NCBI GenBank assembly: GCA_016699955.1
Contig: CP064993.1
Location: forward strand, 870,001 to 902,000
DNA length: 32,000 nucleotides
DNA from: Candidatus Saccharimonadota bacterium
GTDB taxonomy: Bacteria; Patescibacteriota; Saccharimonadia; Saccharimonadales; UBA4665
Direction of reading: 5' to 3'
In this document: positions 17,746 to 26,318 of the stretch, in pieces
Position numbering within the stretch: the stretch's first letter is position 1
Layout: every line of letters begins with the position of its first letter
The notes under the pieces: model-generated
Database searches by the model: none
Seen by the model: the letters and a program-made list of their open reading frames with translations, nothing else
What the model was told of the DNA's origin: nothing
Translations under genes and position numbers: made by a program

Positions 17746-18960
17746 ATGATAAAACGACAACAGTATCTACAGACACTACGACAACTTAAAGATCAGCGAT
17801 TGATAAAGGTCATTACTGGCATTCGTCGCTCAGGCAAGTCATCGTTGCTCCAATCGTTTAAGGAAGAACTTATTGAGTCTAGTGTTGCCGAGCGCCAGAT
17901 CCAATCAATAAATTTCGAAGAAGCCGAAAATGTCGATCTCACAGATTGGCTTTCTTTGCACAACAGCATTGAGTCCAAGCTAGTTGATGGCAAAATGAAT
18001 TATCTGTTCCTCGACGAAATCCAGATTGTAGATAATTTTGAACGAGTCGTCAATTCGTTATTTGTGAAAAGTAACGTAGATATATACATGACTGGTTCAA
18101 ATGCGTTCTTGTTATCAAGCGAACTAGCGACACTTTTGACGGGAAGGTATATCTCTATCCACGTTTTACCATTTTCATTCGCCGAATACCGGCTAGCGAT
18201 GCCCGATACTCGAAGTAATGATAGGCTATTAGCTCAATATCTATCTTCTAGCGCATTTCCTGAAGCAGTAACCTTATCTAAGACGAACCCCGCTCTTTCT
18301 AACAGATACTTGAAAGATTTATATGAAACAATTGTCAACAATGATATTTCAAATAGGTATGAGGTTAGAGACAAGGATGACTTCACGAGAGTTGTAAAAT
18401 TTGTCTTTGATAGCATAGGAAGCCCGTTATCCGCTACTAGTATCGCAAAGGCTCTCACTAATCAGGATAACAAAACGTATCATGCGACTGTTATCCGATA
18501 CCTAAAATATTTAACTAAAAGTTACTTAATCTATCCGGTCAGCCGATACGATGTGAAGGGTAAAAAATTGCTCACTACTAACGATAAGTATTACGTGGTT
18601 GATTTGGGATTGCGAGAGATAATGCTAGGCAGCTCACAGGTTTCTGATATTGGACATCGGCTAGAGAACGTCGTATATCTTGAGCTGCTGCGTCGTAATG
18701 AGGGAGAAGTTTGGGTTGGTAAAACAGATGATAGTGAAGTCGATTTTATTGTCCAAAAACCAGGCGGGGAGCGTGAGTATTATCAGGTGGCTTATCAGAT
18801 CAACGATAACGAAAAAACCCTTGAACGAGAACTCGCCCCATTCAAAAAGATTAATGATAATTATCCCAAGTATATCTTGACAACAGATTTAATAAATGAG
18901 GAGTTTTTGGGTATCAAAAAGGTAAACGTTGTAGATTGGTTATTAAAAACAGAAGTATAG
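17746..18960 (+). CDS. AAA+ ATPase with C-terminal PD-(D/E)XK-like tail (AAA_14/DUF4143, COG1373-like), paralogue 1
   Basis: Walker A GIRRSGKSSL, Walker B YLFLDEIQ, C-terminal SEVDFIVQK..YYQVAYQ. The start is moved to ATG 17746 (MIKRQQYLQTLRQLKD) because it aligns with the paralogue at 30364 and TATAGT lies 7 nt upstream. Confidence 0.75.
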   Translation: MIKRQQYLQTLRQLKDQRLIKVITGIRRSGKSSLLQSFKEELIESSVAERQIQSINFEEAENVDLTDWLSLHNSIESKLVDGKMNYLFLDEIQIVDNFERVVNSLFVKSNVDIYMTGSNAFLLSSELATLLTGRYISIHVLPFSFAEYRLAMPDTRSNDRLLAQYLSSSAFPEAVTLSKTNPALSNRYLKDLYETIVNNDISNRYEVRDKDDFTRVVKFVFDSIGSPLSATSIAKALTNQDNKTYHATVIRYLKYLTKSYLIYPVSRYDVKGKKLLTTNDKYYVVDLGLREIMLGSSQVSDIGHRLENVVYLELLRRNEGEVWVGKTDDSEVDFIVQKPGGEREYYQVAYQINDNEKTLERELAPFKKINDNYPKYILTTDLINEEFLGIKKVNVVDWLLKTEV

Positions 18961-18975
18961 CTAGTCTGAATATTT

Positions 18976-19191
18976 TCAACAAATATACTCATAGCCAGCC
19001 TCCTCTTCGTCGTAGACTAGCTCGCCATTGACGTCCTTGACGCCGAGCTTCTTCAAGTTTTCGACGAGTTTTTCGATGGATCTCAGTGTCTTGTGGGTTA
19101 TCACAAAAACAGGGGTTGAGGTGTTTGCAACTTCACACTCCGTCCCAGCCAAATTTAGTAACAGTGGTAAAATATGCCAAAAGATTGGCAT
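18976..19191 (-). CDS. Hypothetical 71-aa protein (possibly a gene remnant)
   Basis: Supported only by the ORF. I recognised no motif, and it sits directly next to the tRNA-like repeat at 19217. Confidence 0.2.
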   Translation of the reverse strand: MPIFWHILPLLLNLAGTECEVANTSTPVFVITHKTLRSIEKLVENLKKLGVKDVNGELVYDEEEAGYEYIC

Positions 19192-19216
19192 ATTTTGGTT
19201 TTAGTCACATTCTCAT

Positions 19217-19246
19217 CTGTTATTTCAGGTTTGAATCCCTCATGCC
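19217..19246 (+). repeat. tRNA T-arm-like fragment, direct-repeat copy 2 (CTGTTATTTCAGGTTTGAATCCCTCATGCC)
   Basis: 24 of 30 positions are identical to 11217..11246, in the same orientation. It contains GGTTTGAATCCCTCA, compared with the tRNA-Gln GGTTCGAATCCCTCA. Confidence 0.7.
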
Positions 19247-19409
19247 CTGGCTGCCCCAATAATGCTCATAGGATGAGGTAGTATCGTGCACGTAATAGTA
19301 AGATTTTGTAACCCTACACAACTTTAATCAATATTTGAGTATATAAACCATAAGCGTTCGCCTTAAATGGCACTTTTTCGCATGTTGACTCGCGATAATC
19401 ATACTTTCT

Positions 19410-19418
19410 TGATATAAT
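19410..19418 (+). promoter_or_regulatory. Extended -10 element TGATATAAT, 6 nt upstream of ATG 19425 (leaderless-type)
   Basis: Same 9-mer as at 11342 and 12824. There is no Shine-Dalgarno sequence before the ATG. Confidence 0.5.
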
Positions 19419-19424
19419 ACGCGC

Positions 19425-20567
19425 ATGTACATCACAAGACACGAACAATCACGAATAGAAAAAGTTCTACATAGTGGACTTGTTGCTATTTTATATGGTG
19501 CACGTCAAGTCGGCAAAACTACTTTAGCAAAAGAAATTGCTAAAGATTATTCAAATTCACTGTATCTTAACTGCGATGATCCAAACGTAGTGATTAGTCT
19601 TACGAACAAATCTGCAGTCGAGCTAAAATCATATATCGGCAACGCCGACCTAGTGGTGATTGACGAAGGTCAACGAGTTGAAAACATCGGCATAACCATT
19701 AAACTCCTCCATGATACCTACCCAGAAGTTGACATTTTAGTGACGGGATCTTCAAGCTTAGACTTAGCAAATAAAATAACAGAGCCACTTACTGGTCGGT
19801 CAGAAGAAATAATCCTCTATCCGCTAAGTATTAACGAAGTATCAAGCAATCGTGTTGAGATGGATGCAAACTGGCGCATTATGCTAGATAGGGGCGGATA
19901 CCCTGCGATGTGGCATCTTTCAGCTCGAGATGCACACGCGCGATTGAGCAGCATTGCCAACAATTACGTATATCGCGATGCCTTTGGTCCCCAAGTTATG
20001 TTTGATCAGACCGTCATCAACGATTTGTTGCGTCTGCTAGCTTACCAGATTGGGCAAGAAGTCAGCTATGGCGAACTAGCAGCTAAATTGTCTGTGAGTA
20101 AAGAAACCGTGATGCGCTACATAGATTTACTGGAGAAAGCTTTTATCATCTTTCGCAGGAATCAGTACCGTAAGAATCAAAGAGTTGAGGTTGGTCGTTT
20201 ACGAAAAGTCTACTTTGCCGACTTAGGCATCCGTAACGCAATAATTGAAAATTTTAAACCGCTCGAAACGAGAGATGATATTGGAGCTCTATGGGAGAAC
20301 TTTTGCGTTATAGAGCGGCTTAAATATCTGCAGGCCGAAGAACGCAGGGTTCGGTCTTACTACTGGCGTAACGCTGATCAGCGAGAAATCGATATCATCG
20401 AAGAAGAGAATGAAGAGATACGAGCTTACGAATGCAAGCTTAATACTAAAAAACCCGCACGTGTCCCATTAGCTTTTAGCAAAATGTACCCTTCTCAAAT
20501 ATTTGATACGATTAATCCAGATAATTTTGCCGACAAACTCATCTCAAATCACGAGGCAACTACTTAA
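19425..20567 (+). CDS. AAA+ ATPase with DUF4143/PD-(D/E)XK-like tail, divergent paralogue 2
   Basis: Walker A GARQVGKTTL, Walker B LVVIDEGQ, a wHTH-like middle region (YGELAAKLSVSKETVMRYIDLLEKAFI) and a nuclease-like tail REIDIIEE..AYECKL. Confidence 0.75.
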   Translation: MYITRHEQSRIEKVLHSGLVAILYGARQVGKTTLAKEIAKDYSNSLYLNCDDPNVVISLTNKSAVELKSYIGNADLVVIDEGQRVENIGITIKLLHDTYPEVDILVTGSSSLDLANKITEPLTGRSEEIILYPLSINEVSSNRVEMDANWRIMLDRGGYPAMWHLSARDAHARLSSIANNYVYRDAFGPQVMFDQTVINDLLRLLAYQIGQEVSYGELAAKLSVSKETVMRYIDLLEKAFIIFRRNQYRKNQRVEVGRLRKVYFADLGIRNAIIENFKPLETRDDIGALWENFCVIERLKYLQAEERRVRSYYWRNADQREIDIIEEENEEIRAYECKLNTKKPARVPLAFSKMYPSQIFDTINPDNFADKLISNHEATT

Positions 20568-20785
20568 AACGATGGTTATGTTTAGTCTGGCACTTTCCCC
20601 ATAATTGTCCTTCGTTTACTTATTAAATTAGTGTGGCTGTGATGTTTGTGGCACTGCGCAAATTCTTGGCAGTGATACTGGGAGCAGTGAGTATGGGAAA
20701 TTGCCGAGTTGGTGTCACCCTCTAACTTTCCTTAACACCTTGTCGATTTTCTTGTCATTACCCCATGCTCGATGACTATAATGAT

Positions 20786-21928
20786 TTACCGAGCGTCGAA
20801 AATACTGATCTTTATACCCTTTTGGTTCAAATCATAGACTAAGTTCGTAAATAACAGCTTATGATCCGATTGCTCATATAGACCGGCCTGCCAGTAAGAC
20901 CAGTCTACCCCTTCTTTGGTTTCGATTTTATTTTCTGCAAATATATTGACAGTTACCTCATATTTATCATCTTTAAGGCGAGAAGCTTCGGTGAATATAC
21001 TGTCAAGAGTCTGTTTCCTTTCGTCAGTAGTTATCGTAATAGCTCCCCCATTTTCTGCCTTCTTGTGTCGGTAGGATCCAGTATTTAGGATAATCTTGTT
21101 GATTCTTAAAGACTTAGCAACTTCTTCTGCTAGGTATGCTGGCGCAAACACTTCGGCGGAGATAACGCTACTGCGTGTATCGCTTTCTTCACGAGGGTGC
21201 CACGGAAAGCCTTGGAGGCCGGCATAGTCTACAAGACCTTCCTTGACTAGCCGAGTGTAAGCAAGCAGTTGTGGAGCCTGATCAGTCTCGCCCGTCTGTG
21301 AGTCAAGTAGTATGCCTGTTTGCGCTGCAGGGAATACTGTACGAAGCGTCTCAAAATACCTGTTGACAGAATTAGCGAAATCATCAGGATCTTTATTGTT
21401 GTTCCAGAACTCTTGTTGTGGCTCCGGAAAAGGTATCCAGATGCCCATTTGTTCATTTGTAACCCCATTTTTCTTTAGCCGAACAAAATAGTCTTTGATC
21501 CATAGGTCATAAAAACCGTTTGCATACTCATGAAAATCCACAAGTCCCCACTCGGTGTCTGGCTCAACAATCACAATAGGTTTAACAGAGAACTTGTCAA
21601 ATTGCTTCAGCCTTCCGGCCATTGCGTCAGCCATAGTGTTTGCATCTTCGGTCGATATGGGCATATTAGTAAACACCATCAGGTTATCTACGAAAGCAGA
21701 TTGGCACACATTTTCATACTCAACAAGTGCTTTGAGCTGAGGGTCGTTGGTACTTCCTCTTGAAGCGATTGGATTGTTTGTACATTTTTTACTGGCTAAC
21801 TTTGGAGCAGATGCCGGCTTGTTTTGGAGAATGTAGCTACCTGTCAGCTGAAAAGTGACAACCTGAGCCGTTATAAAAACTACAACTGCTAGAATTATGT
21901 TATATACAATTATGTTTTTTATTTTCAT
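20786..21928 (-). CDS. Membrane-anchored or secreted protein coupled to the GT2 synthase. Possibly a polysaccharide hydrolase or modifying enzyme.
   Basis: N-terminal TM helix IIVYNIILAVVVFITAQVV. The body has alternating beta/alpha character with IWIPFPEPQQEFW and LQGFPWHP, which hints at a TIM-barrel glycosidase. The start overlaps the GT2 stop (ATGA). The function is inferred, not recognised. Confidence 0.35.
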   Translation of the reverse strand: MKIKNIIVYNIILAVVVFITAQVVTFQLTGSYILQNKPASAPKLASKKCTNNPIASRGSTNDPQLKALVEYENVCQSAFVDNLMVFTNMPISTEDANTMADAMAGRLKQFDKFSVKPIVIVEPDTEWGLVDFHEYANGFYDLWIKDYFVRLKKNGVTNEQMGIWIPFPEPQQEFWNNNKDPDDFANSVNRYFETLRTVFPAAQTGILLDSQTGETDQAPQLLAYTRLVKEGLVDYAGLQGFPWHPREESDTRSSVISAEVFAPAYLAEEVAKSLRINKIILNTGSYRHKKAENGGAITITTDERKQTLDSIFTEASRLKDDKYEVTVNIFAENKIETKEGVDWSYWQAGLYEQSDHKLLFTNLVYDLNQKGIKISIFDAR

Positions 21929-23214
21929 ATCTTCGCTCCGTTGCTATTTGATGAAGTACTGATGCCTTTTCTTTGCCAGCGTTGCCATGTAAGACCCTCC
22001 GCCCTTATGAGACTCGCGATTGATTTGAGGAGAGCCATATATTCTACCCAGACTAGGATATAGAATATCATCCAAGTAAATGGTGCCAGAGGAACAATCC
22101 ACCAGTTCTTAGCTTTTTCTGTCATCAGCCCAACGACCAAGTACATTATGCCCATGAATAACGCGCCTAGAAGCAGTGAGCTATAGTCACCAGTGATGTA
22201 ACTGTAAATGAGTAGTAGAGTGACACCTATTGGCTCAAAGAGGAGTTGTATCTCTGCTAGTAGTGCAAAAGGCAAAATAAACCACGTCATCCATTTGTTG
22301 TGATGCATTTTTGTAGACAGAAACAGCTTTTTATACCTTCCAAAAGCCTCAAATCTCCCTCTTTTCCAGCGCGTTCGTTGCTTGATCAGACCCATTATTG
22401 TACTCGCACCTTCCGTGTAGCATAAAGCATCATCAGCGTATACCGCATTATGACCGTTAGCGCGTGTTCTCATGGACATCTCTATATCTTCAGTGATGCT
22501 TGAAGTGTCAAAAAGGCCGATTTTATCGAAGACTGTTTCCTTTCGAAACGCTGCGCAGGCACCACCGTATATGTACTCTGCGCCTAATAAGGAATGAGCT
22601 TGTTTATGGTAAAAACCAAACAAGTACTCTAGTCTCTGTAATAAGTTTATGAAGCCAAATTCTCCGGCGACTTTGACATTGCCAACAGCTGCGTCTATTG
22701 ATGGATCTTCAAAATATCCAACGATCCGCTCAACCATAAATTGATCTGCAATCGAATCAGCATCCATCGTAATTATTATTTCACCTTTAGTTCGTTCGAT
22801 AGCGTGGTTTAGCGCGACACCTTTACCCTCATTTTTCTTGCTGTGGTATACGATTTTTTTCTTGTCGTTGCGTTTTCGTCTCTTAAAATTCTTAACAAAC
22901 TGCGTGACTATATCGTGTGTAGTATCCGTTGACCCATCATTTACAACGATTATTTCTATGTTGGGGTAAGTGTTGCTAATAACAGATTTCACAGTGTTGA
23001 TAATCCCGACTTCTTCGTTCCATGCAGGAATGATTAAAGATACCAAGGGTTCGAATTCTTGTTTACGATTCTTCACAATCTTGTATCTTCGTACGGACTC
23101 CTTCACTTGATGAAAAGGTGCGGTCAATAAAAATATGGTATATTTGAACAGCATTATTGCTGCGAATATTCTGGTGAGGTCACGAATTAGTGTATATATT
23201 AACTCGTTATCCAT
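21925..23214 (-). CDS. Processive family-2 glycosyltransferase (membrane-embedded polysaccharide synthase type)
   Basis: SLIIPAWNEE, VVNDGSTD, ITMDADS and QRTRWKRG (QxxRW) form the D,D,D,QxxRW signature. TM helices lie on both sides of the catalytic domain. Confidence 0.85.
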   Translation of the reverse strand: MDNELIYTLIRDLTRIFAAIMLFKYTIFLLTAPFHQVKESVRRYKIVKNRKQEFEPLVSLIIPAWNEEVGIINTVKSVISNTYPNIEIIVVNDGSTDTTHDIVTQFVKNFKRRKRNDKKKIVYHSKKNEGKGVALNHAIERTKGEIIITMDADSIADQFMVERIVGYFEDPSIDAAVGNVKVAGEFGFINLLQRLEYLFGFYHKQAHSLLGAEYIYGGACAAFRKETVFDKIGLFDTSSITEDIEMSMRTRANGHNAVYADDALCYTEGASTIMGLIKQRTRWKRGRFEAFGRYKKLFLSTKMHHNKWMTWFILPFALLAEIQLLFEPIGVTLLLIYSYITGDYSSLLLGALFMGIMYLVVGLMTEKAKNWWIVPLAPFTWMIFYILVWVEYMALLKSIASLIRAEGLTWQRWQRKGISTSSNSNGAKI

Positions 23215-23347
23215 ATGACTTTAAATTCTTTCTCCTACTTTAGCCAACGAAGCCTCAACGGTTCGGACTTTAGCATTTAAATCATCTATCAAAATGACTA
23301 CTATCGCGGAAAATTCCCACTAACAATGCGACAAAGCGGAGCTAACT

Positions 23348-24325
23348 AAAGAGCGACACCCGTATACTTTCGTTTAGGACTAACTAAACAAAGGAAGGAG
23401 TTTCGCTCATGCGTACACTAACACACTACGAAGTAGCTTGGAATATGTCCCGAGCTGGTTCAACCATGGAACAAATAACAATCGTGGTCAGTAAGGACAG
23501 GGCTACCGTCTACCGCTGGCTGGCAAAGATTCGCCAGATTGGTATCCGTGAGTTCCACCGTCGCAAAGCAGCCTGCAAGGTGCGTCGCCCTAGGGCTCAG
23601 ACTCCCGAATATGTCATCCAGAAGATTGTCGACATTCGTAACGAGTTTGGTTGGTGTGGAGCCAAGATACGTAAAGAGCTCAAAGAAAACCATGGTATTA
23701 GCCTAGCCCTCTCGACCGTATACCGGTACCTCCACAGACGTTTTACCAAAGCTGCTATTAGTGTGCAGCGCTACAAGAAGCACAAAGCCCTAGTGACGGC
23801 TCACGCACCGCGTGAGGTGGTCGAGCATGACACCGTCGATCTCGGTGGTGGCGTCTACGCCTACACCGCCATTGACATATTTTCCAAGGAGCCCAGCGTC
23901 TACATCGGTAATAACCTAGAGATGGCCACTGGTGCCACTGCCTTTACCAAGCACCACCAGTTCTATGGTCGCACCCTACTGCACCAGTCTGACGGCGGTA
24001 GCGAATTTCAGACGACCTTTCGTGAGGCCGTCGAGGCTGTCGCAGAACACCGCTACAGCCGACCCTACAAGAAAAACGAACAATCGCACATTGAGAACTT
24101 TAACAAATCACTGAGAAGCGAGTGTTTTCCTCGGGGTGACTACCAACAATCTGACATACCAAAGCTCCAGAAACAGGCCGACAAGTACGCCGAACATTAC
24201 ATGAACCGGCGCTGGCACATGGGCTTACCAGACCTCATGACCCCAGCCCAGTTTCAGCGCTACTACGCAGAAAGCCCAGAGACTGCTACACTGGAATTAG
24301 CGAAAGTATTACGAAAGTCGCGTTT
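23348..24325 (+). mobile_element. IS481-like insertion sequence (about 0.98 kb, ends approximate)
   Basis: Imperfect inverted repeats: AAAGAGCGACACCCGTATACTTTCGTTTAG (23348..23377) against the reverse complement of 24296..24325 (AAACGCGACTTTCGTAATACTTTCGCTAAT). I could not identify a target-site duplication. Confidence 0.55.
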
Positions 24326-24332
24326 GGGGTGA
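23409..24332 (+). CDS. IS481/IS3-superfamily DDE transposase (HTH plus rve integrase core)
   Basis: N-terminal HTH (DRATVYRWLAKIRQ), then candidate DDE residues in EHDTVDL, HQSDGGSEF and NEQSHIENFNKSLRSE. A single ORF of 307 aa is typical of IS481. Confidence 0.75.
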   Translation: MRTLTHYEVAWNMSRAGSTMEQITIVVSKDRATVYRWLAKIRQIGIREFHRRKAACKVRRPRAQTPEYVIQKIVDIRNEFGWCGAKIRKELKENHGISLALSTVYRYLHRRFTKAAISVQRYKKHKALVTAHAPREVVEHDTVDLGGGVYAYTAIDIFSKEPSVYIGNNLEMATGATAFTKHHQFYGRTLLHQSDGGSEFQTTFREAVEAVAEHRYSRPYKKNEQSHIENFNKSLRSECFPRGDYQQSDIPKLQKQADKYAEHYMNRRWHMGLPDLMTPAQFQRYYAESPETATLELAKVLRKSRLG

Positions 24333-24889
24333 GATTTTACGATCGTAGAGGCTGAACGAGTTTTAGCTGATAATTCAGGTATATTAACTCTCGCATCCTT
24401 TACCTTGTATCCGAGCTGCCAGCCTTCGGTAGTGACGATGTTTATAAGATCACCACTCATGATATCTCCAATGTTTTGGGTAGTCGGCGTATTGGTTCTA
24501 ATATAGATCACTGCCTCGCCGAACACTTTTTGTATTGGCTCCTCAGTGATAAAGGTATGCGCGATTCCTTTAGTAGCCTTCCACTCGCCATTCTCGACTC
24601 GTGAATCGACAATGTCATAGTGGGTCTTGCTTTCAGGAAACTTAATTTTTTTAGGGATACCGAAGCTTCCTTTTTCATATGACTTAGATTCTTGTGTGAT
24701 GAGTTCTCTGTTGGCCAGAGCATCATCTGTTAAATCTACGTTGATTATTACGTCAGAGAGTGGTGTGTCGCGCCGGAAGATCACTTCAGAGGTATTGATA
24801 GTAGCGATGAGAGTAATGACTCCGATTGCTACCATCGTGATTGCTAGCACTGTGAAGTCTTTTATCTTTCTTATTTTAGATCTTGCCAT
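24263..24889 (-). CDS. Membrane-anchored hypothetical protein with weak sortase-like pattern. Its 3' end runs into the IS481-like element.
   Basis: N-terminal TM helix FTVLAITMVAIGVITLIA. FGIPKKIKFP..KGIAHTF..SGDLINIVTTEGWQLGYKV loosely follows the sortase beta-barrel pattern, but no TLxTC Cys motif is present. The last ~20 codons are antisense to the transposase 3' end. Confidence 0.35.
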   Translation of the reverse strand: MARSKIRKIKDFTVLAITMVAIGVITLIATINTSEVIFRRDTPLSDVIINVDLTDDALANRELITQESKSYEKGSFGIPKKIKFPESKTHYDIVDSRVENGEWKATKGIAHTFITEEPIQKVFGEAVIYIRTNTPTTQNIGDIMSGDLINIVTTEGWQLGYKVKDARVNIPELSAKTRSASTIVKSHPKRDFRNTFANSSVAVSGLSA

Positions 24890-25047
24890 AGACCCCTCTT
24901 CTTTGCGAGCTGTATTGTGCGATAGTCTACAAAAAATCGAATCATAGAGGCCACAATGTTAACAAAAATAACAGCAATAAAAATGCCGAATACTATAGAG
25001 AATAGTATCCTGAAGGGAGAAGCACCGAAGTTAATAAGACTTATCAT
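24871..25047 (-). CDS. Possible 58-aa small membrane protein (below the track length cutoff)
   Basis: My own translation is MISLINFGASPFRILFSIVFGIFIAVIFVNIVASMIRFFVDYRTIQLAKKRGLWQDLK*, with one clear TM helix. It overlaps the start of the downstream gene by 19 nt. Confidence 0.3.
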   Translation of the reverse strand: MISLINFGASPFRILFSIVFGIFIAVIFVNIVASMIRFFVDYRTIQLAKKRGLWQDLK

Positions 25048-25108
25048 TTATGTTAAAATATATTCTTTCCAGTCTACTATGATACAATCATCCTTCAAAT
25101 CATTCAAG

Positions 25109-25117
25109 TTTAATTTC
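25109..25117. repeat. 9-bp target-site duplication TTTAATTTC (left copy)
   Basis: Lies immediately outside the left IR of the IS4-family element. It is identical to 26300..26308. Confidence 0.85.
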
Positions 25118-26299
25118 CTGAACCACCCACACTTCAACCCGGCGTAAGCCGGGCAACTTGTTTGTAGATAAAAAAGACGGCATACTTTTTCTTGGTCATC
25201 CACTAAAACAAACAAGGAAAATATATGCCGTCAACAGATATTGTACGTGACATGCGTACTATCATTCAAAACAAACTGCTCTCGAACGTGCCCAAGAAGT
25301 GGCATAAACAGTTTCAGTTTGGCCTACAAGCATACAGTCTACAGACGTTCCAAAGTGCGACGGGCAACGCCCGTCGAGTAGAGACTAATGTCAATACAGC
25401 TGCTCGCAAGAGTGAGCGGTTGCTTGCCAACCAGAACTTAGCTAACCATCTCGGTAGGGTATTTGACTGTCTGGGCTTGGTAAAGCCAAGTAGTCTGGTC
25501 AACGTCGACCACTCTGACATGAACGGTCTCATGGCGCTGGTGGGAGCGCTGCAAACCAGGCTTGGCCGAGCCATTCCTTGCTTTGTGGAAACCACCTACT
25601 CTGACCGTCTTAGTGCACGAAAAGATGCCTCACCCAGGAAGCGAGCATTGCGAAAAGCTAGAGCCGAGGAACGCCAGTTTCGGAGCCTGACTGGCCATAC
25701 TATTGATGCCCTCCAAGACTTTGCAGACCGCTTGGGCTTCTGGCCCAAGCTGGTATTTGATCGAGGGTTCGGTAACGAATCGATTGTGACCCACTTGGTT
25801 GCTGAGGGTGCCACTTTTTACATACGGGTCAAAGCTGGCAGGTATGTCGAGTTTGACGGCCAGAGACAGAAGATCCAAGACCTAACGGAGAAAGACACCA
25901 CTGTCTGGTTGTATGGGCTCAGCTTGCGAGTTGTCCGCTCGCGTAAGGACGGGAAGAGTGACGAACCCTGGTACATTCTGACCAATGACATGACCAGTAG
26001 CCGCACCAAACTTGTCCGGATTTACTACCATCGGTTCGAGATTGAGGAGAGTTTCAAAGACCTCAAACATGTCCTTGAGTTTCGTCGTACCCGCCTCAAC
26101 AAACCCAACAGTTTAAAAGTTATCCTGTGGCTAATGTTCCTTGGCATTGCCTTGCTGTACATAGCTACCAAACCAAGCAAACAATACCAACACCCGAACC
26201 CCAAGAAACGCACTTCTTGGATTAGAAGTGCACTTGAACAATTACACCAGGCCTATGGCCTGCTGCTCTGGGGTGGGGGTTGAAGTGTGGGTGGTTCAG
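25118..26299 (+). mobile_element. IS4-family insertion sequence, 1182 bp, apparently intact
   Basis: Perfect 23-bp terminal inverted repeats: CTGAACCACCCACACTTCAACCC (25118..25140) and GGGTTGAAGTGTGGGTGGTTCAG (26277..26299). The element is flanked by a 9-bp direct repeat. Confidence 0.9.
25225..26283 (+). CDS. IS4 family DDE transposase
   Basis: Candidate DDE residues in VNVDHSD and VFDRGFG, plus an intact Y-2-R-3-E-6-K signature in YYHRFEIEESFKDLK. Confidence 0.85.
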   Translation: MPSTDIVRDMRTIIQNKLLSNVPKKWHKQFQFGLQAYSLQTFQSATGNARRVETNVNTAARKSERLLANQNLANHLGRVFDCLGLVKPSSLVNVDHSDMNGLMALVGALQTRLGRAIPCFVETTYSDRLSARKDASPRKRALRKARAEERQFRSLTGHTIDALQDFADRLGFWPKLVFDRGFGNESIVTHLVAEGATFYIRVKAGRYVEFDGQRQKIQDLTEKDTTVWLYGLSLRVVRSRKDGKSDEPWYILTNDMTSSRTKLVRIYYHRFEIEESFKDLKHVLEFRRTRLNKPNSLKVILWLMFLGIALLYIATKPSKQYQHPNPKKRTSWIRSALEQLHQAYGLLLWGGG

Positions 26300-26308
26300 T
26301 TTAATTTC
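26300..26308. repeat. 9-bp target-site duplication TTTAATTTC (right copy)
   Basis: Lies immediately outside the right IR. It is identical to 25109..25117. Confidence 0.85.
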
Positions 26309-26318
26309 GCGAAAGCGG

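Noticed and set aside
11217-19217. The two tRNA-like 30-mers start exactly 8000 bp apart
   Set aside because: The round number is most likely coincidence. I attach no meaning to it beyond the repeats themselves.
24956-25147. 63-aa plus-strand ORF
   Set aside because: It lies in an AT-rich intergenic stretch and reads across the target duplication and left inverted repeat of the IS4-family element, so it cannot be a native gene.
25314-26213. Six minus-strand ORFs inside the IS4-family transposase gene
   Set aside because: They are antisense shadows of a transposase with an intact DDE/YREK signature.
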